A stretch of 64,000 bases of DNA from NCBI GenBank assembly GCA_002495675.1, contig DAGH01000001.1, positions 50,592 to 114,591 on the forward strand. Reading direction: 5' to 3'. This document shows positions 30,243 through 40,216 of this stretch, piece after piece. The DNA comes from Euryarchaeota archaeon UBA182 (GTDB lineage: Archaea > Thermoplasmatota > Poseidoniia > Poseidoniales > Thalassarchaeaceae). Position 1 is the stretch's first letter. Each line of letters begins with the position of its first letter. The notes beneath the pieces are model-generated. The model searched no databases. It had not been told where the DNA came from and saw only the letters and a program-made list of their open reading frames with translations. The position numbers were made by a program, and so were the translations under genes.

Positions 30243-32420
30243 ATGACCCTACTAGCTCCTGATGCGAAGCCCAGATGGCGGTCCTTCCTCGAGGACGTAG
30301 TGTCAGATGAAGTCCAGAGAATAGTCTCCGGTCAAACCAATCACTTGGAGCTCAAATTCCACCAAATACAAGCCTTCGATCCTGATTTTGCGGACATCTT
30401 ACTCCTCCAACCCGATCACATACTCAGGGAGGGATCGAATGCCCTGAGAACTTATTGCATGGAAATGGGCTCCCAGCAACAAAACGATCCATTCATCCGA
30501 GTCAGTAACCTTCCCCTAGATAGTAGAAGGGTATTGAGGAGCGTTGGCCATGCAGACGTTCAGAAGCTAATCAGTTCTGAGGTTATTGCCACCAAGGTCA
30601 GTGAAATCAAACCACGCATCCATCGAGCTGTATTCCAATGCTCATGCGATTATGAAACCGAGATCATGCAAAGGGATCACACTGAATTGGAGGAGCCACT
30701 CCAATGTGGCGGATGTGGTGAAAGGAAGGGCCGTGTGAAATTCACCCTCGTCAAGGAAAAATGCTCCTTGGTAGACAATCAGAAGATAGAGATCCAAGAG
30801 ATTCCGGAACGAGTGCCCAGTGGGGCCCAACCTAGCAGTGGGATGGTAATCTTGGAGGGTGATCTGGTAAACAGAGTCCTCCCCGGGACAAGAATAATCG
30901 CAAACATGGTGCCTCAGATGCACTCCGAGAGAAAAGGAGCAAGGAAAACTCCCCTGTTTGAGATATTCTACAACATGGTAAGCATGGAGACCGAGACCGA
31001 ACCTTTTACCGAGATCAACATAGACCAAGAAGACATCGAGAAGATACTGAAACTAGTCAATGACCATCCCGAGCCGGAACTCCTCAAACTCGTGACCTCC
31101 TCGATTGCACCCTCCATATTCGCGACTCCCGGACTCTATCAGGTTAAGAGGTCACTCGCGCTTCAGTTGTTCGGCGGCGTATCCAGAATCTCACCCGATG
31201 GAACGCGCACTAGAGGGGATATCCACATTCTTCTGATGGGGGATCCGGGTGTGGCAAAGTCCCAACTATTGACTTACATGTCCAATCTATCTCCTCGAGG
31301 AAAGTTTGCCTCTGGAGGCTCAGTCACATCAGCAGGACTCACTGCAGCTGCGGTAAAAGACGGGTTCTCGGATGGGAGATTTGCATTGGAGGCGGGCGTT
31401 TTACCTCTTTCAGATCGAGGATTAGCCGCGATCGACGAGTTCGATAAAATTGGAAAACAGGAGAGAAGCGCGATACACCCTGCAATGGAACAACAAAAAG
31501 TAAGGGTTGCAAAAGGAGGGATTACTGCCACTCTCAACTCTCGATGCGCAGTTTTGGCTGCTGCCAATCCGAAAAGCGGACGATTCGAGTATAGGGGAGG
31601 CAATGCGAGCATAATGCAATCCTTCGCCGAGACAGATCTTGAGGCACCTTTGGCGTCTAGGTTCGACCTAATCTGGCTCTTGAGCGACATACCCGATAGA
31701 GGCCTAGATGAACGGATAGCTACCCACATCATCAGGAACAGGGCTTCTGGGTCGAGCGAACTCCAGATCGAGGATCAAATGGGCAGCATCGTAAATATAG
31801 AATCCGAAGAAATGACAGAAACCGGCCTCGATGATAACGATCACCTAACAACCGGATTCCTCAGGAAGTATATCGCCTACGCAAAGAAGAACATACATCC
31901 AACCATTGACACAGAGGCTCAATCCGAGATCGTGAAATACTATATTCAAACCAGGCAGAATTACCAAAAAGGCATGATAAATCCGGCAAGCAGTGATTAC
32001 AGCCTGAATTCTACGAAGGGCGAAAACCAAACAGAAATATCTGTGACTGCTAGAGCACTTGAAGCACTGATGAGACTCACAGAAGCTCATGCTAGGATGC
32101 ACCTTAGAGAAGTCGCAACGATCACAGATGCAAAAATGGCAATCAGCATATTCAAACATTGGAGAGAAGAGTCAAACATCAGGGATGAGGCTGAACTCCA
32201 AACAGGAATAAGCAAGGCAGGACAAAGCAGCATCGTAAAGCAAATCATGAGGGAAATATCAGTCGAAAACGATGGAAAGATGCCCATTAGTAAAATTCTG
32301 GACCGCGCGATGCTGAGTGGAGTTGATGAGGCCACAGTCCGGACTCTTGTGAGTAAGATGCAGCAAAATGGAATTATCTACCAACCACCTAACACCCCCG
32401 GAACTTACGAATTCGTATGA
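30243..32420 (+). CDS. mcm: Replicative helicase MCM
   Basis: Zn motif CSCDYE...CGGCGE. Walker A GDIHILLMGDPGVAKSQLL. Walker B AAIDEFDK. Arginine finger SRFDLIW. C-terminal winged helix. The start is taken at MTLLAPDAKP. The ORF track starts at 30144. Confidence 0.9.
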   Translation: MTLLAPDAKPRWRSFLEDVVSDEVQRIVSGQTNHLELKFHQIQAFDPDFADILLLQPDHILREGSNALRTYCMEMGSQQQNDPFIRVSNLPLDSRRVLRSVGHADVQKLISSEVIATKVSEIKPRIHRAVFQCSCDYETEIMQRDHTELEEPLQCGGCGERKGRVKFTLVKEKCSLVDNQKIEIQEIPERVPSGAQPSSGMVILEGDLVNRVLPGTRIIANMVPQMHSERKGARKTPLFEIFYNMVSMETETEPFTEINIDQEDIEKILKLVNDHPEPELLKLVTSSIAPSIFATPGLYQVKRSLALQLFGGVSRISPDGTRTRGDIHILLMGDPGVAKSQLLTYMSNLSPRGKFASGGSVTSAGLTAAAVKDGFSDGRFALEAGVLPLSDRGLAAIDEFDKIGKQERSAIHPAMEQQKVRVAKGGITATLNSRCAVLAAANPKSGRFEYRGGNASIMQSFAETDLEAPLASRFDLIWLLSDIPDRGLDERIATHIIRNRASGSSELQIEDQMGSIVNIESEEMTETGLDDNDHLTTGFLRKYIAYAKKNIHPTIDTEAQSEIVKYYIQTRQNYQKGMINPASSDYSLNSTKGENQTEISVTARALEALMRLTEAHARMHLREVATITDAKMAISIFKHWREESNIRDEAELQTGISKAGQSSIVKQIMREISVENDGKMPISKILDRAMLSGVDEATVRTLVSKMQQNGIIYQPPNTPGTYEFV

Positions 32421-32462
32421 TAGCAGCATCGAACCTATGAGCAACCATCACTTGGGAGACAC

Positions 32463-34574
32463 ATGGTGACCCTAGGCCCCTCTGGCGACGTGGGTAACCC
32501 TGATGGTCTGATTCCCGAAGAATTAGGCTTCATGTGTGGCATCGAAATCCATCAACAACTTTCCTCGGGGAAGTTGCATTCCCGCCAGGATGGACTCTTG
32601 TATGAATTAAATCTGAAAGAAATTCCAAATGATTGGAATAGAGTTAGAAGGAAGCAACGTGCAGCACGCGGCGAAGAGGGAAAAATCGATACTGCGGCGG
32701 TTTTTGAACAAAAAAGAAACAGATCTTTCATCTACGTTCAAACACCAAATTCGGGTCTGATTGAGCTTGACGAGGCGCCTCCCCTACCACTTGACCCGAA
32801 AGCACTTGAAACAACCCTTCAGATTTCCGCGATGCTCAACGCAACCCCCGCCCCTCATCTCCAAGTCATGAGAAAAACGGTAGTTGATGGATCGAATACC
32901 AGCGGCTTTCAGAGAACAACGCTGGTAGCGACTGGCGGAAAATTTGAGGTCGAAGGGACTGAGGTTGGAATATCCGTAATTTGTCTGGAAGAGGATTCAG
33001 CCAGAAAACTGGGGGAACAAACCAACCCAGAAGGACAAGAGGTGACCTATTCACTGGACAGGTTGGGGATCCCATTGGTCGAAATAGCAACCGATCCTGA
33101 CATAATTTCTCCAGAACACGCTGAGGCAGTGTCGAGGTATCTGGGGGGGCGTCTTAGGGACACTCGTAGCGTACGTCGGGGCTTGGGCAGCATCCGGCAG
33201 GACCTCAACGTAAGCATCGCGTGTGGCGACAGAGTGGAAATAAAAGGATGCCAGGATCTGGAATGGATCCCAAGAATCATCCGTATCGAGATGGCCAGGC
33301 AACTCCACTTTTTTCGCCTTGCAAACGAACTCAGGGCGGAACAGGGGTACGAACCACTCCCTGACGATCGAAGGCTAGACGATGAAGAAGACGAGGCTAG
33401 GATAAGGACCCTCGTCGAGAAAATACTAGGTGGAGGAATTCTAGATATAACCGAGACATTGGAAGGGATAGAAACCAAGATGATCGCTTCTGCCATCCGG
33501 TCAGACCATGGCATATTCGCCATGCCTTTGGAGGGCCTATCTGGCCGCTTGGGGTCAAAGAAAGTAGAATCAGGTGGCATTCAACTCCCTCGCCTTGGTA
33601 GAGAGCTCTCAGGCGCTGCGAAACGGGCTGGTGTGAAGGGAATTATCCACTCTGACGAATTGCCCGGTTATGGAATAGAGAAGAAGCACGTTGAGTCAAT
33701 AAAAAGAAAATTAGGAACAAGAAAAAATGACGCCTTTGTCCTGTGCATCGCACCAGAATGGCAGGCACGACTGTCACTGGACGCCGTCCTAACAAGAGCA
33801 AGAATGGCTTACCATAGAATACCGAAAGAAGTTAGAAATGTGGTACTGAAGAAGGGCCAACCAGCGGATGGTACGACCATGCCCTTGCGCCCACTACCGG
33901 GAGGGGCTAGAATGTACCCTGAGACTGACATCCCTCTTGTAAAAATCGAAAGAGAATCATGGTTGCATGCGATAGAATCCATTCCAATGGAATCATCAGA
34001 GCGATTGGATCGATTGATCTCTACAGGCCTGTCCTCCACACAATGTGAAGCTATTTTGGGAGCGCAATTGGATGACATCCTGTACGATTGCTCGAGCGGA
34101 TATTTCCATGACTTACCACCACAAAAACCTCAGTCAGTGGCAACTGCCCTTCTTGATCAAACAATAAACGAAGCATCAAAGGAAGCAGGGGTTGATCCCT
34201 CTAAGTTCCCCATGCTTTCCTTACTCGATGCAATCCACGCTCGAGATCAAGATCTAATTACCAGAGATGGAGTCACCAAGATCTCTTCATTACACGCCAA
34301 TTACTCTGATATACATAAAATGCCACTCAAACAAAGGATCGATTGGATTCGCCTCCAAGCTGAGGCCCTAGGCTTCGTACCTGCGGACGAATCTATCGTT
34401 TCATCCATTGTTGAAGAGGTCGTGTTGGAGAACATGTCCTTGGTTGGCGAAAGGGGCGAGAATTCAATCGGGCCACTCATGGGCCAGGTAATGAAAAGGT
34501 TGGGCGGGGCGGCCGACGGAAAAGTCGTGAGCCGTATTTTGAAAGAAAAAATTAGATCGACGTTTAAAGAATAA
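32463..34574 (+). CDS. gatE: Glutamyl-tRNA(Gln) amidotransferase subunit E (GatE)
   Basis: GFMCGIEIHQQL...KL N-terminus, an AspRS-like insertion and a GatB/YqeY-like tail. At 703 aa it is somewhat longer than the usual 620-640 aa. Confidence 0.85.
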   Translation: MVTLGPSGDVGNPDGLIPEELGFMCGIEIHQQLSSGKLHSRQDGLLYELNLKEIPNDWNRVRRKQRAARGEEGKIDTAAVFEQKRNRSFIYVQTPNSGLIELDEAPPLPLDPKALETTLQISAMLNATPAPHLQVMRKTVVDGSNTSGFQRTTLVATGGKFEVEGTEVGISVICLEEDSARKLGEQTNPEGQEVTYSLDRLGIPLVEIATDPDIISPEHAEAVSRYLGGRLRDTRSVRRGLGSIRQDLNVSIACGDRVEIKGCQDLEWIPRIIRIEMARQLHFFRLANELRAEQGYEPLPDDRRLDDEEDEARIRTLVEKILGGGILDITETLEGIETKMIASAIRSDHGIFAMPLEGLSGRLGSKKVESGGIQLPRLGRELSGAAKRAGVKGIIHSDELPGYGIEKKHVESIKRKLGTRKNDAFVLCIAPEWQARLSLDAVLTRARMAYHRIPKEVRNVVLKKGQPADGTTMPLRPLPGGARMYPETDIPLVKIERESWLHAIESIPMESSERLDRLISTGLSSTQCEAILGAQLDDILYDCSSGYFHDLPPQKPQSVATALLDQTINEASKEAGVDPSKFPMLSLLDAIHARDQDLITRDGVTKISSLHANYSDIHKMPLKQRIDWIRLQAEALGFVPADESIVSSIVEEVVLENMSLVGERGENSIGPLMGQVMKRLGGAADGKVVSRILKEKIRSTFKE

Positions 34575-34636
34575 TAATACAACATATGGCATTTGTCAAC
34601 TAACTTATTAGACTGGATCGATTTGGTTGATAATCC

Positions 34637-35095
34637 ATGACCAGCACACTGAACCAAGCCATCTTAATTTCTATGTTGGTTTTCTCGAGCGCACTTGCCG
34701 GCTGCACACAAGAAACAGAAGCACTGACAGACGATGAAATCGGAGAACTCAGCGTTGTAGTCACCTTGGATTTTCTAGGTGAAGGTAACCAAACCACAAA
34801 TCTTGCAGACCGACTCTCGAATGGGAGTATAACGTTTGATCCGGTACTAGTGGCCGAGAATGTCTCGGCGTATCGTGTAATGGAAGCCTTGCAACTGAGA
34901 GAGAACTTCACGATAGACGTGACCTACTATGTCGGTATGGGGGCATTCATCCACACAATAGATGGAGTTTCGGGAGCAGAGGACTGGTCCACATACTGGG
35001 GCTTCTATCAAGATGGTGTGATGGCAGAAGTGGGCGCGTCAACGCTCTTGATCACATCAGATACCAATCTTAGTTGGGTGATCACACCGGCATAA
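34637..35095 (+). CDS. Secreted lipoprotein with a DUF4430 (transcobalamin-like) domain
   Basis: Lipobox LVFSSALAGC. GAFIHTIDGVSG...WSTYWGFYQDGVMAEVGAS matches the DUF4430 pattern. Confidence 0.6.
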   Translation: MTSTLNQAILISMLVFSSALAGCTQETEALTDDEIGELSVVVTLDFLGEGNQTTNLADRLSNGSITFDPVLVAENVSAYRVMEALQLRENFTIDVTYYVGMGAFIHTIDGVSGAEDWSTYWGFYQDGVMAEVGASTLLITSDTNLSWVITPA

Positions 35096-35153
35096 CTACT
35101 GGTATGATCCGCAACAGAGAGGCAATATCCCAAGAAGGACTATGTAGGGAGCA

Positions 35154-35822
35154 ATGGGTGGCTGGTTCATGTACAATTTCCACAACTTCTCCCTCACTCC
35201 AGAGCAGGATTTGGTTGTGAACATCACGATTTTCGCCGTACTAATCTATTCAATAATCAAGGGTGAAAGGAAACTATCGGATACAAGTCCATTGGTCACT
35301 TTACTTTTAATCACCTTTTTTTGCATTGCTGGGAGGGTTTTGCTCCAATCCCTTCCAAATGTCCAGCCCGTCACAGTCACTGTGATCCTCGTGGGGATCT
35401 ATTATGGCACTCCGTGGGCAATCGCTCTTTCCGGGTGCGTTGCCCTTAGCACTAACATGCTCTTCCTTGGGCACGGACCTTGGACGCTTTTCCAATTCGT
35501 AGGATGGAGCCTTGTCGGAATTATGGGCTCGGCGTTTTCAAATAAAATTCTGATAGATGGGAAGATCGCTATTGGGAGGCTGACAGCCCTATCCGTGGTC
35601 TCAGCCTTCGCTTTCGACTGGATAGTTTCGGCAAGCATACTCCTAAACCAAGACTACTCTACATTTCTGACATATCTTGCGAATGGACTTGTTTTTGATC
35701 TGTATCACGCCATTGGGAATGTCGTATTCGTTATCCTACTCTCCACATCTCTTGGGGACATCATGGCTCGCAAAAATACAATCAAACAAGACCGCGCGGT
35801 GATTAGACTTGTCACAAGTTGA
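35154..35822 (+). CDS. Six-TM membrane protein, ECF-transporter S-component-like
   Basis: 222 aa and hydrophobic throughout (LPNVQPVTVTVILVGIYYG...). Genes of this type are frequently paired with DUF4430 genes. The substrate is unknown. Confidence 0.5.
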   Translation: MGGWFMYNFHNFSLTPEQDLVVNITIFAVLIYSIIKGERKLSDTSPLVTLLLITFFCIAGRVLLQSLPNVQPVTVTVILVGIYYGTPWAIALSGCVALSTNMLFLGHGPWTLFQFVGWSLVGIMGSAFSNKILIDGKIAIGRLTALSVVSAFAFDWIVSASILLNQDYSTFLTYLANGLVFDLYHAIGNVVFVILLSTSLGDIMARKNTIKQDRAVIRLVTS

Positions 35823-35826
35823 TGAA

Positions 35827-36174
35827 ATGACCATGGTTATAGTGACTCGCAGAGATCTAAAACTCTCTGTAGGTAAACTTGCTGCGCAATGTGGCCATGC
35901 TGTCATGGAGTGCGCCCTTAGGGCGAGAAAGGAGATACCCCGATCCCTCGAGAGATATCGCCGAGAAGGAGCTCGTAAGATAGTTCTCACAGTCAAGAAT
36001 CTGAAGGATCTGGAGTTGCTATACAACCAAATCCAGGGTTATGGGATGATATGCCATCTAGTCAGGGATGCCGGACATACAGAGATACCCTCCGGAACAG
36101 TCACGGTGTTGGGGATTGGACCAGCATCAAGAAAAGAGATAGACAAATTCACCTCAGAACTCCAATTGCATTAG
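35827..36174 (+). CDS. pth2: Peptidyl-tRNA hydrolase, archaeal type (Pth2)
   Basis: MVIVTRRDLKLSVGKLAAQCGHA...VRDAGHTEIPSGTVTVLGIGP. Confidence 0.9.
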   Translation: MTMVIVTRRDLKLSVGKLAAQCGHAVMECALRARKEIPRSLERYRREGARKIVLTVKNLKDLELLYNQIQGYGMICHLVRDAGHTEIPSGTVTVLGIGPASRKEIDKFTSELQLH

Positions 36175-36223
36175 ACAATTGCGACAGCAACAATAATGTC
36201 CAAGCCTCTTAGATAGAGAAGCG

Positions 36224-36748
36224 ATGGTACAGCAACTTGAGGTCGACATCCAAGAAAGGCATGACCTCTTGAGGTCATGTCCGGGCATGACTGATCTGGT
36301 ATCATGGCTAGATTCAATCGACAGGAGACCGGGCTTGAATGAACTAGAAGTCAGGCTGAAATCAAATCAGTTCAACCTCGATGCACTCAGAAAATGTATC
36401 AGATCCACAGACGACGGTTACCAAAGGAATGTAATTAAGCGGACTGATCATTATGAGTTAGTAGCAATCTGTTGGAAACCGGGTCAAATCACTCCCATTC
36501 ACGATCACAAAGGTAGCGACTGCGCATTTATAATCCTCGAGGGAACTTCGACAGAAAGAACATTCGAAATAGATAATTCAGGAATGGCGGTGCATGCGTC
36601 GACTAGGCACTACATGCCTGGGGAGGTCTGTGCCGCAGATGAGCCCGATATTCACCAGGTCGTGAACGAGCAGACTGTTGAGTTGGTCAACCTGCATGTA
36701 TACACCCCCCCGTTGAGTAATTTCACAATTTACGAGTCGGGGAATTAA
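36224..36748 (+). CDS. Cysteine dioxygenase type I-like cupin
   Basis: VAICWKPGQITPIHDHKGSDCAFIILEGTSTERTF aligns with the animal CDO segment [34 protein letters not shown]. The third His context is IHQVVN...LHVYTPPL. Confidence 0.75.
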   Translation: MVQQLEVDIQERHDLLRSCPGMTDLVSWLDSIDRRPGLNELEVRLKSNQFNLDALRKCIRSTDDGYQRNVIKRTDHYELVAICWKPGQITPIHDHKGSDCAFIILEGTSTERTFEIDNSGMAVHASTRHYMPGEVCAADEPDIHQVVNEQTVELVNLHVYTPPLSNFTIYESGN

Positions 36749-38013
36749 GCCACTTGTGCTCTATATTCTTCCAATACTCTACTAAAGAGCTCGATATCCG
36801 ACTCAAAACTCTCGGGAAGAAGTGGGCCGAATGAGAACCTGAAGAATCGACCGTAAGGAGTCTCATATCCCGGGTCCTTGGAGTGAGGCCTGTCCATGTC
36901 ACAATCAGAAGCACATAATATAGCAGCACCATGTTTGAAAAGACGTTCGTTGAGGCCTTTGCTATCGAGTCCCTCGGGCAACTCTAACCAATGGTAGAAC
37001 CCACCATTTCCTGTGTAAACACCCAAACCCATTTCCTCAAATGCTTGACCATAACGATTTCTTTGCCAGTTGTAATGTAGTTCAACTGCTTTCCGGGCCC
37101 TTCTCACACGATTGGGCTCAAGCAACTCAACAGCATAGTGCTGGGATGGATGACTGACTCCTCCCATGCCAAAGCTAGAGTAGTTCGCCATGGTCTCGAT
37201 ATTTTTCTTGCTTGCGATTACCCATCCAATTCGAATACCTGGGGACTGCAATCCCTTCGTGCAGGCGCCTGCAAGGAAGATATTGCTGTTATCAAGATCC
37301 TTGACAAATTCGATACCGCTGACTGAGGGGCTGTGAAACATCTCATACGCCTCGTCCAATAACAATCCATTACCAGGTTTCTCAGCCATTTCGATCAGGT
37401 CCCTGAGTTCCGGTCCATGTCTTGTCTGGCCAGAAGGATTTTGTGGATTAGATATCACTGGCATGATGAATGTCCCGTCATCGATTTTCGTTCTATCAAA
37501 ATATTCAGAATTTTTGGGCCGAAATCCATTCTCTTTCGTGAATGGAACTGTTTCATATTCTGTATCGGTTTGAGTTAGAATGTCCAGATATGCTGGCCAC
37601 TCAATGCTTCCTATTCTCACTCTGACTTTCTCCTTCAAGAAGGCCATGATTGTGTATATTCCAGGTCTCCCGCCTGCGAAAACCATAACATTCTCAGGGG
37701 TGATCTTGGATCCATATCGTTCATTGTAGTAATCCACTATCGAAGATCTCAGTTTAGGATGGCCCCAAGCTTTGGGGTAGAATCTGTCTTCCCACGTGAC
37801 CCGAACCTCATCAGGCAGGGGCGGGCCATCGAACATCTCCAACTGCCTTGTCAGCGGGAATCCCTGAGACCATGGATGCGTCCCCTCAGTTCCCATAAAA
37901 CTGCCAAATGCATTCCTAAATGCGTAAAGCGTCTCATATATCCCCATAGGAGGGCAGTTATCTGACAGGAAAGACTCTCTTCCTCCGGCCGTCTCGAAGT
38001 CGATCATGTTCAT
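36745..38013 (-). CDS. PLP-dependent aminotransferase, class I/II
   Basis: 422 aa. GRPGIYT, NPQNPSG and the Lys region ACTKGLQSPGIRIGW (SxSK...GxRxG-like). It is convergent with the CDO-like gene, overlapping it by 4 nt. Confidence 0.75.
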   Translation of the reverse strand: MNMIDFETAGGRESFLSDNCPPMGIYETLYAFRNAFGSFMGTEGTHPWSQGFPLTRQLEMFDGPPLPDEVRVTWEDRFYPKAWGHPKLRSSIVDYYNERYGSKITPENVMVFAGGRPGIYTIMAFLKEKVRVRIGSIEWPAYLDILTQTDTEYETVPFTKENGFRPKNSEYFDRTKIDDGTFIMPVISNPQNPSGQTRHGPELRDLIEMAEKPGNGLLLDEAYEMFHSPSVSGIEFVKDLDNSNIFLAGACTKGLQSPGIRIGWVIASKKNIETMANYSSFGMGGVSHPSQHYAVELLEPNRVRRARKAVELHYNWQRNRYGQAFEEMGLGVYTGNGGFYHWLELPEGLDSKGLNERLFKHGAAILCASDCDMDRPHSKDPGYETPYGRFFRFSFGPLLPESFESDIELFSRVLEEYRAQVA

Positions 38014-38158
38014 GCCAAGGGCACCGCATAAATCATGATGTCCATTCGATCAACTATCATCGATACTGCAGAATAAGCACGGATAGCTGAAACTAAACTT
38101 TCGTGAGACATATCGTAAATGCGAATACCCTAATTGGGGGGCACGCTCTGGATCATTC

Positions 38159-39205
38159 GTGCTTCACATAGATAGCGATAGGGTCGATCTGCGAAGTGAC
38201 ACCATAACACAACCCACGCCCGGTATGAGGAAAGCAATGGCTAGTGCTACCGTCGGTGACGATGTTTTGGGCGACGATCCAACTGTCATAGAGCTACAAA
38301 ATAGACTGGCCTCAATCTTCAACAAGGAATCGGCATTATTTGTCCCATCGGGCACTATGTCCAATGCAATCGCTATCAAGGCTCAGACTAACCCCGGAGA
38401 CGAGATCATAACAGAAGGACACAGTCACATCTACATCTATGAGGGAGGGGGTTATGCAGCTCTTTCAGGTTGCTCCATCGCTCTAGTCCCAAGTCACAAT
38501 GGAATTATGAGTCCGAATGATGTAGAGAAAGCCATCAGGAAAGAGAAAGGCAGTCTAGGACACTATCCCAATGGGGCCATGGTCTGCGTTGAGAACACTT
38601 CTAATCGAGGGGGCGGGACAGTCTATCCACAATCACATCTAGATTCGATTTGTGGGATAGCAAAGAAAAAACAATGCTCATCCCATCTAGACGGAGCACG
38701 AATTTTCAATGCGGCTGTCGCATCAGGAACGCCGTTGGATCGTATGGTCAGGGATTTCGATTCAATCTCTGTATGTTTGTCCAAGGGACTTGGAGCGCCA
38801 GTCGGATCCGTATTGTTATCCTCAAGGGAGACAATCAGTCTTGCTCACAGATGGAGGAAGATGTTTGGTGGGGGCATGCGCCAAGCGGGCATCATCGCCG
38901 CAGCAGGGATCTATGCCATTGAAAATCACGTTGACAGATTGACTCAGGACCATGATTATGCAAAAATGCTGGCAGAATCAATAAACAACATGCCAGCTTT
39001 CCAAGTTGATTTAGATTCCGTGGCGACAAACATGGTCTACGTCCACTCGGAAGAAATTCAATCTCACCAACTTCAGGAGAGCCTATCCGAGAGAGGAATC
39101 GACGTCCTCACAATAGATGACTCAACCATCAGATTAGTAACCCACCTACACATAAACCAAGACGATGTACGAAGAGCGATAAGCGCATTCGAATCAATAT
39201 CCTGA
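38159..39205 (+). CDS. ltaE: Low-specificity L-threonine aldolase
   Basis: DLRSDTITQPTPGMRKAM...GDDVLGDDPTV..LQ...FVPSGTMSNAIAI and the Lys region CLSKGLGAPVGS. GTG start. Confidence 0.85.
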   Translation: MLHIDSDRVDLRSDTITQPTPGMRKAMASATVGDDVLGDDPTVIELQNRLASIFNKESALFVPSGTMSNAIAIKAQTNPGDEIITEGHSHIYIYEGGGYAALSGCSIALVPSHNGIMSPNDVEKAIRKEKGSLGHYPNGAMVCVENTSNRGGGTVYPQSHLDSICGIAKKKQCSSHLDGARIFNAAVASGTPLDRMVRDFDSISVCLSKGLGAPVGSVLLSSRETISLAHRWRKMFGGGMRQAGIIAAAGIYAIENHVDRLTQDHDYAKMLAESINNMPAFQVDLDSVATNMVYVHSEEIQSHQLQESLSERGIDVLTIDDSTIRLVTHLHINQDDVRRAISAFESIS

Positions 39206-39245
39206 ATGCGAACCCTTCTTATTTTCAACACACCGGCCGCTGATC

Positions 39246-40190
39246 ATGGAAATTAAGACCATTGTGACAATACTGTTTCTTTCCATGTTGGGACTTTCCC
39301 TAGGGGCCAATGCATCAACCATTTCCTCTGATGAGCCTTGGGTAGATGCCACTGAAGGAATCACCGGCGGATCAACGGCAATCACGTGGTTCCCTGCCAA
39401 CCAGAATAGCTCATCATCGAGTACCTTGGACCATGCTCAGACAATCATAGAGGTCTACACAGCAACTTGGTGCGAGACCTGCATTCCTGCTGAGGAAGCA
39501 TTGAATGCATCAATTACGGATCATGCTGTGAAAGTTGTGAAGTATCACAGGCACTTGTTCGAAACAGAGGACCCGTTTGGAAACAATAACACCGAAGGGC
39601 GTTGGCTTAGCAGGTACGGCCCTTCCGCGGTCCAGGCTGATTTCAATGCCAGGACTCCACCAACGGTAATTTTTGGTGGCGAAAGGATGCATATTGGCTC
39701 TCATCCGACCGCTGGCGTCTCTCTCGAGGAGGAGTACTCTATCAGCCTCAATAGCATCATGCGACCCCCGATATCCAATTCCTCAGAGTTCACATTCACA
39801 TGGGAGGATGGCACCTTTGAATGGTCTTGGAATTGGGAGGAAGACATCACTGCCTGCAGATCGAATTGCGATACTGTTTCCACAGAACTGTACATGATGA
39901 TTGTTGAGGACACAGCGTTTTTCCCAGAAGGATCTAACGGCGAAGAATATTATCACAGAATTTTAAGGGATGTCATTCCTTTAGGAAACAACTCGATCGA
40001 GTATATTCTTCCCCAGGCTTGGGACGACGATGATGTATCCATCATGATCGTCTTGGACTGGCAAGAGTCGCAGTCGGAAGAAACATTTCTTGAGGTTATA
40101 CCCTCACTCGCCGTAGAATTAGTAATAATAGGACTCGTCTTTACAGCCTTTATCACGCCAACAGAGGCAGAAAAACGCCGGGTTCAATAA
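39246..40190 (+). CDS. Secreted, C-terminally anchored protein with a thioredoxin-like CxxC motif
   Basis: N-terminal signal sequence. IEVYTATWCETCIPAEEAL (WCxxC). C-terminal TM is LAVELVIIGLVFTAFI. The function is inferred only from the motif. Confidence 0.45.
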   Translation: MEIKTIVTILFLSMLGLSLGANASTISSDEPWVDATEGITGGSTAITWFPANQNSSSSSTLDHAQTIIEVYTATWCETCIPAEEALNASITDHAVKVVKYHRHLFETEDPFGNNNTEGRWLSRYGPSAVQADFNARTPPTVIFGGERMHIGSHPTAGVSLEEEYSISLNSIMRPPISNSSEFTFTWEDGTFEWSWNWEEDITACRSNCDTVSTELYMMIVEDTAFFPEGSNGEEYYHRILRDVIPLGNNSIEYILPQAWDDDDVSIMIVLDWQESQSEETFLEVIPSLAVELVIIGLVFTAFITPTEAEKRRVQ

Positions 40191-40216
40191 CCCTCGATAT
40201 TTTTTGAACTTTTAGT

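Noticed and set aside
33047-33580. A 177-aa minus-strand ORF inside gatE.
   Set aside because: It is an antisense shadow that is Ser-rich with no motifs. The gatE frame is unambiguous.
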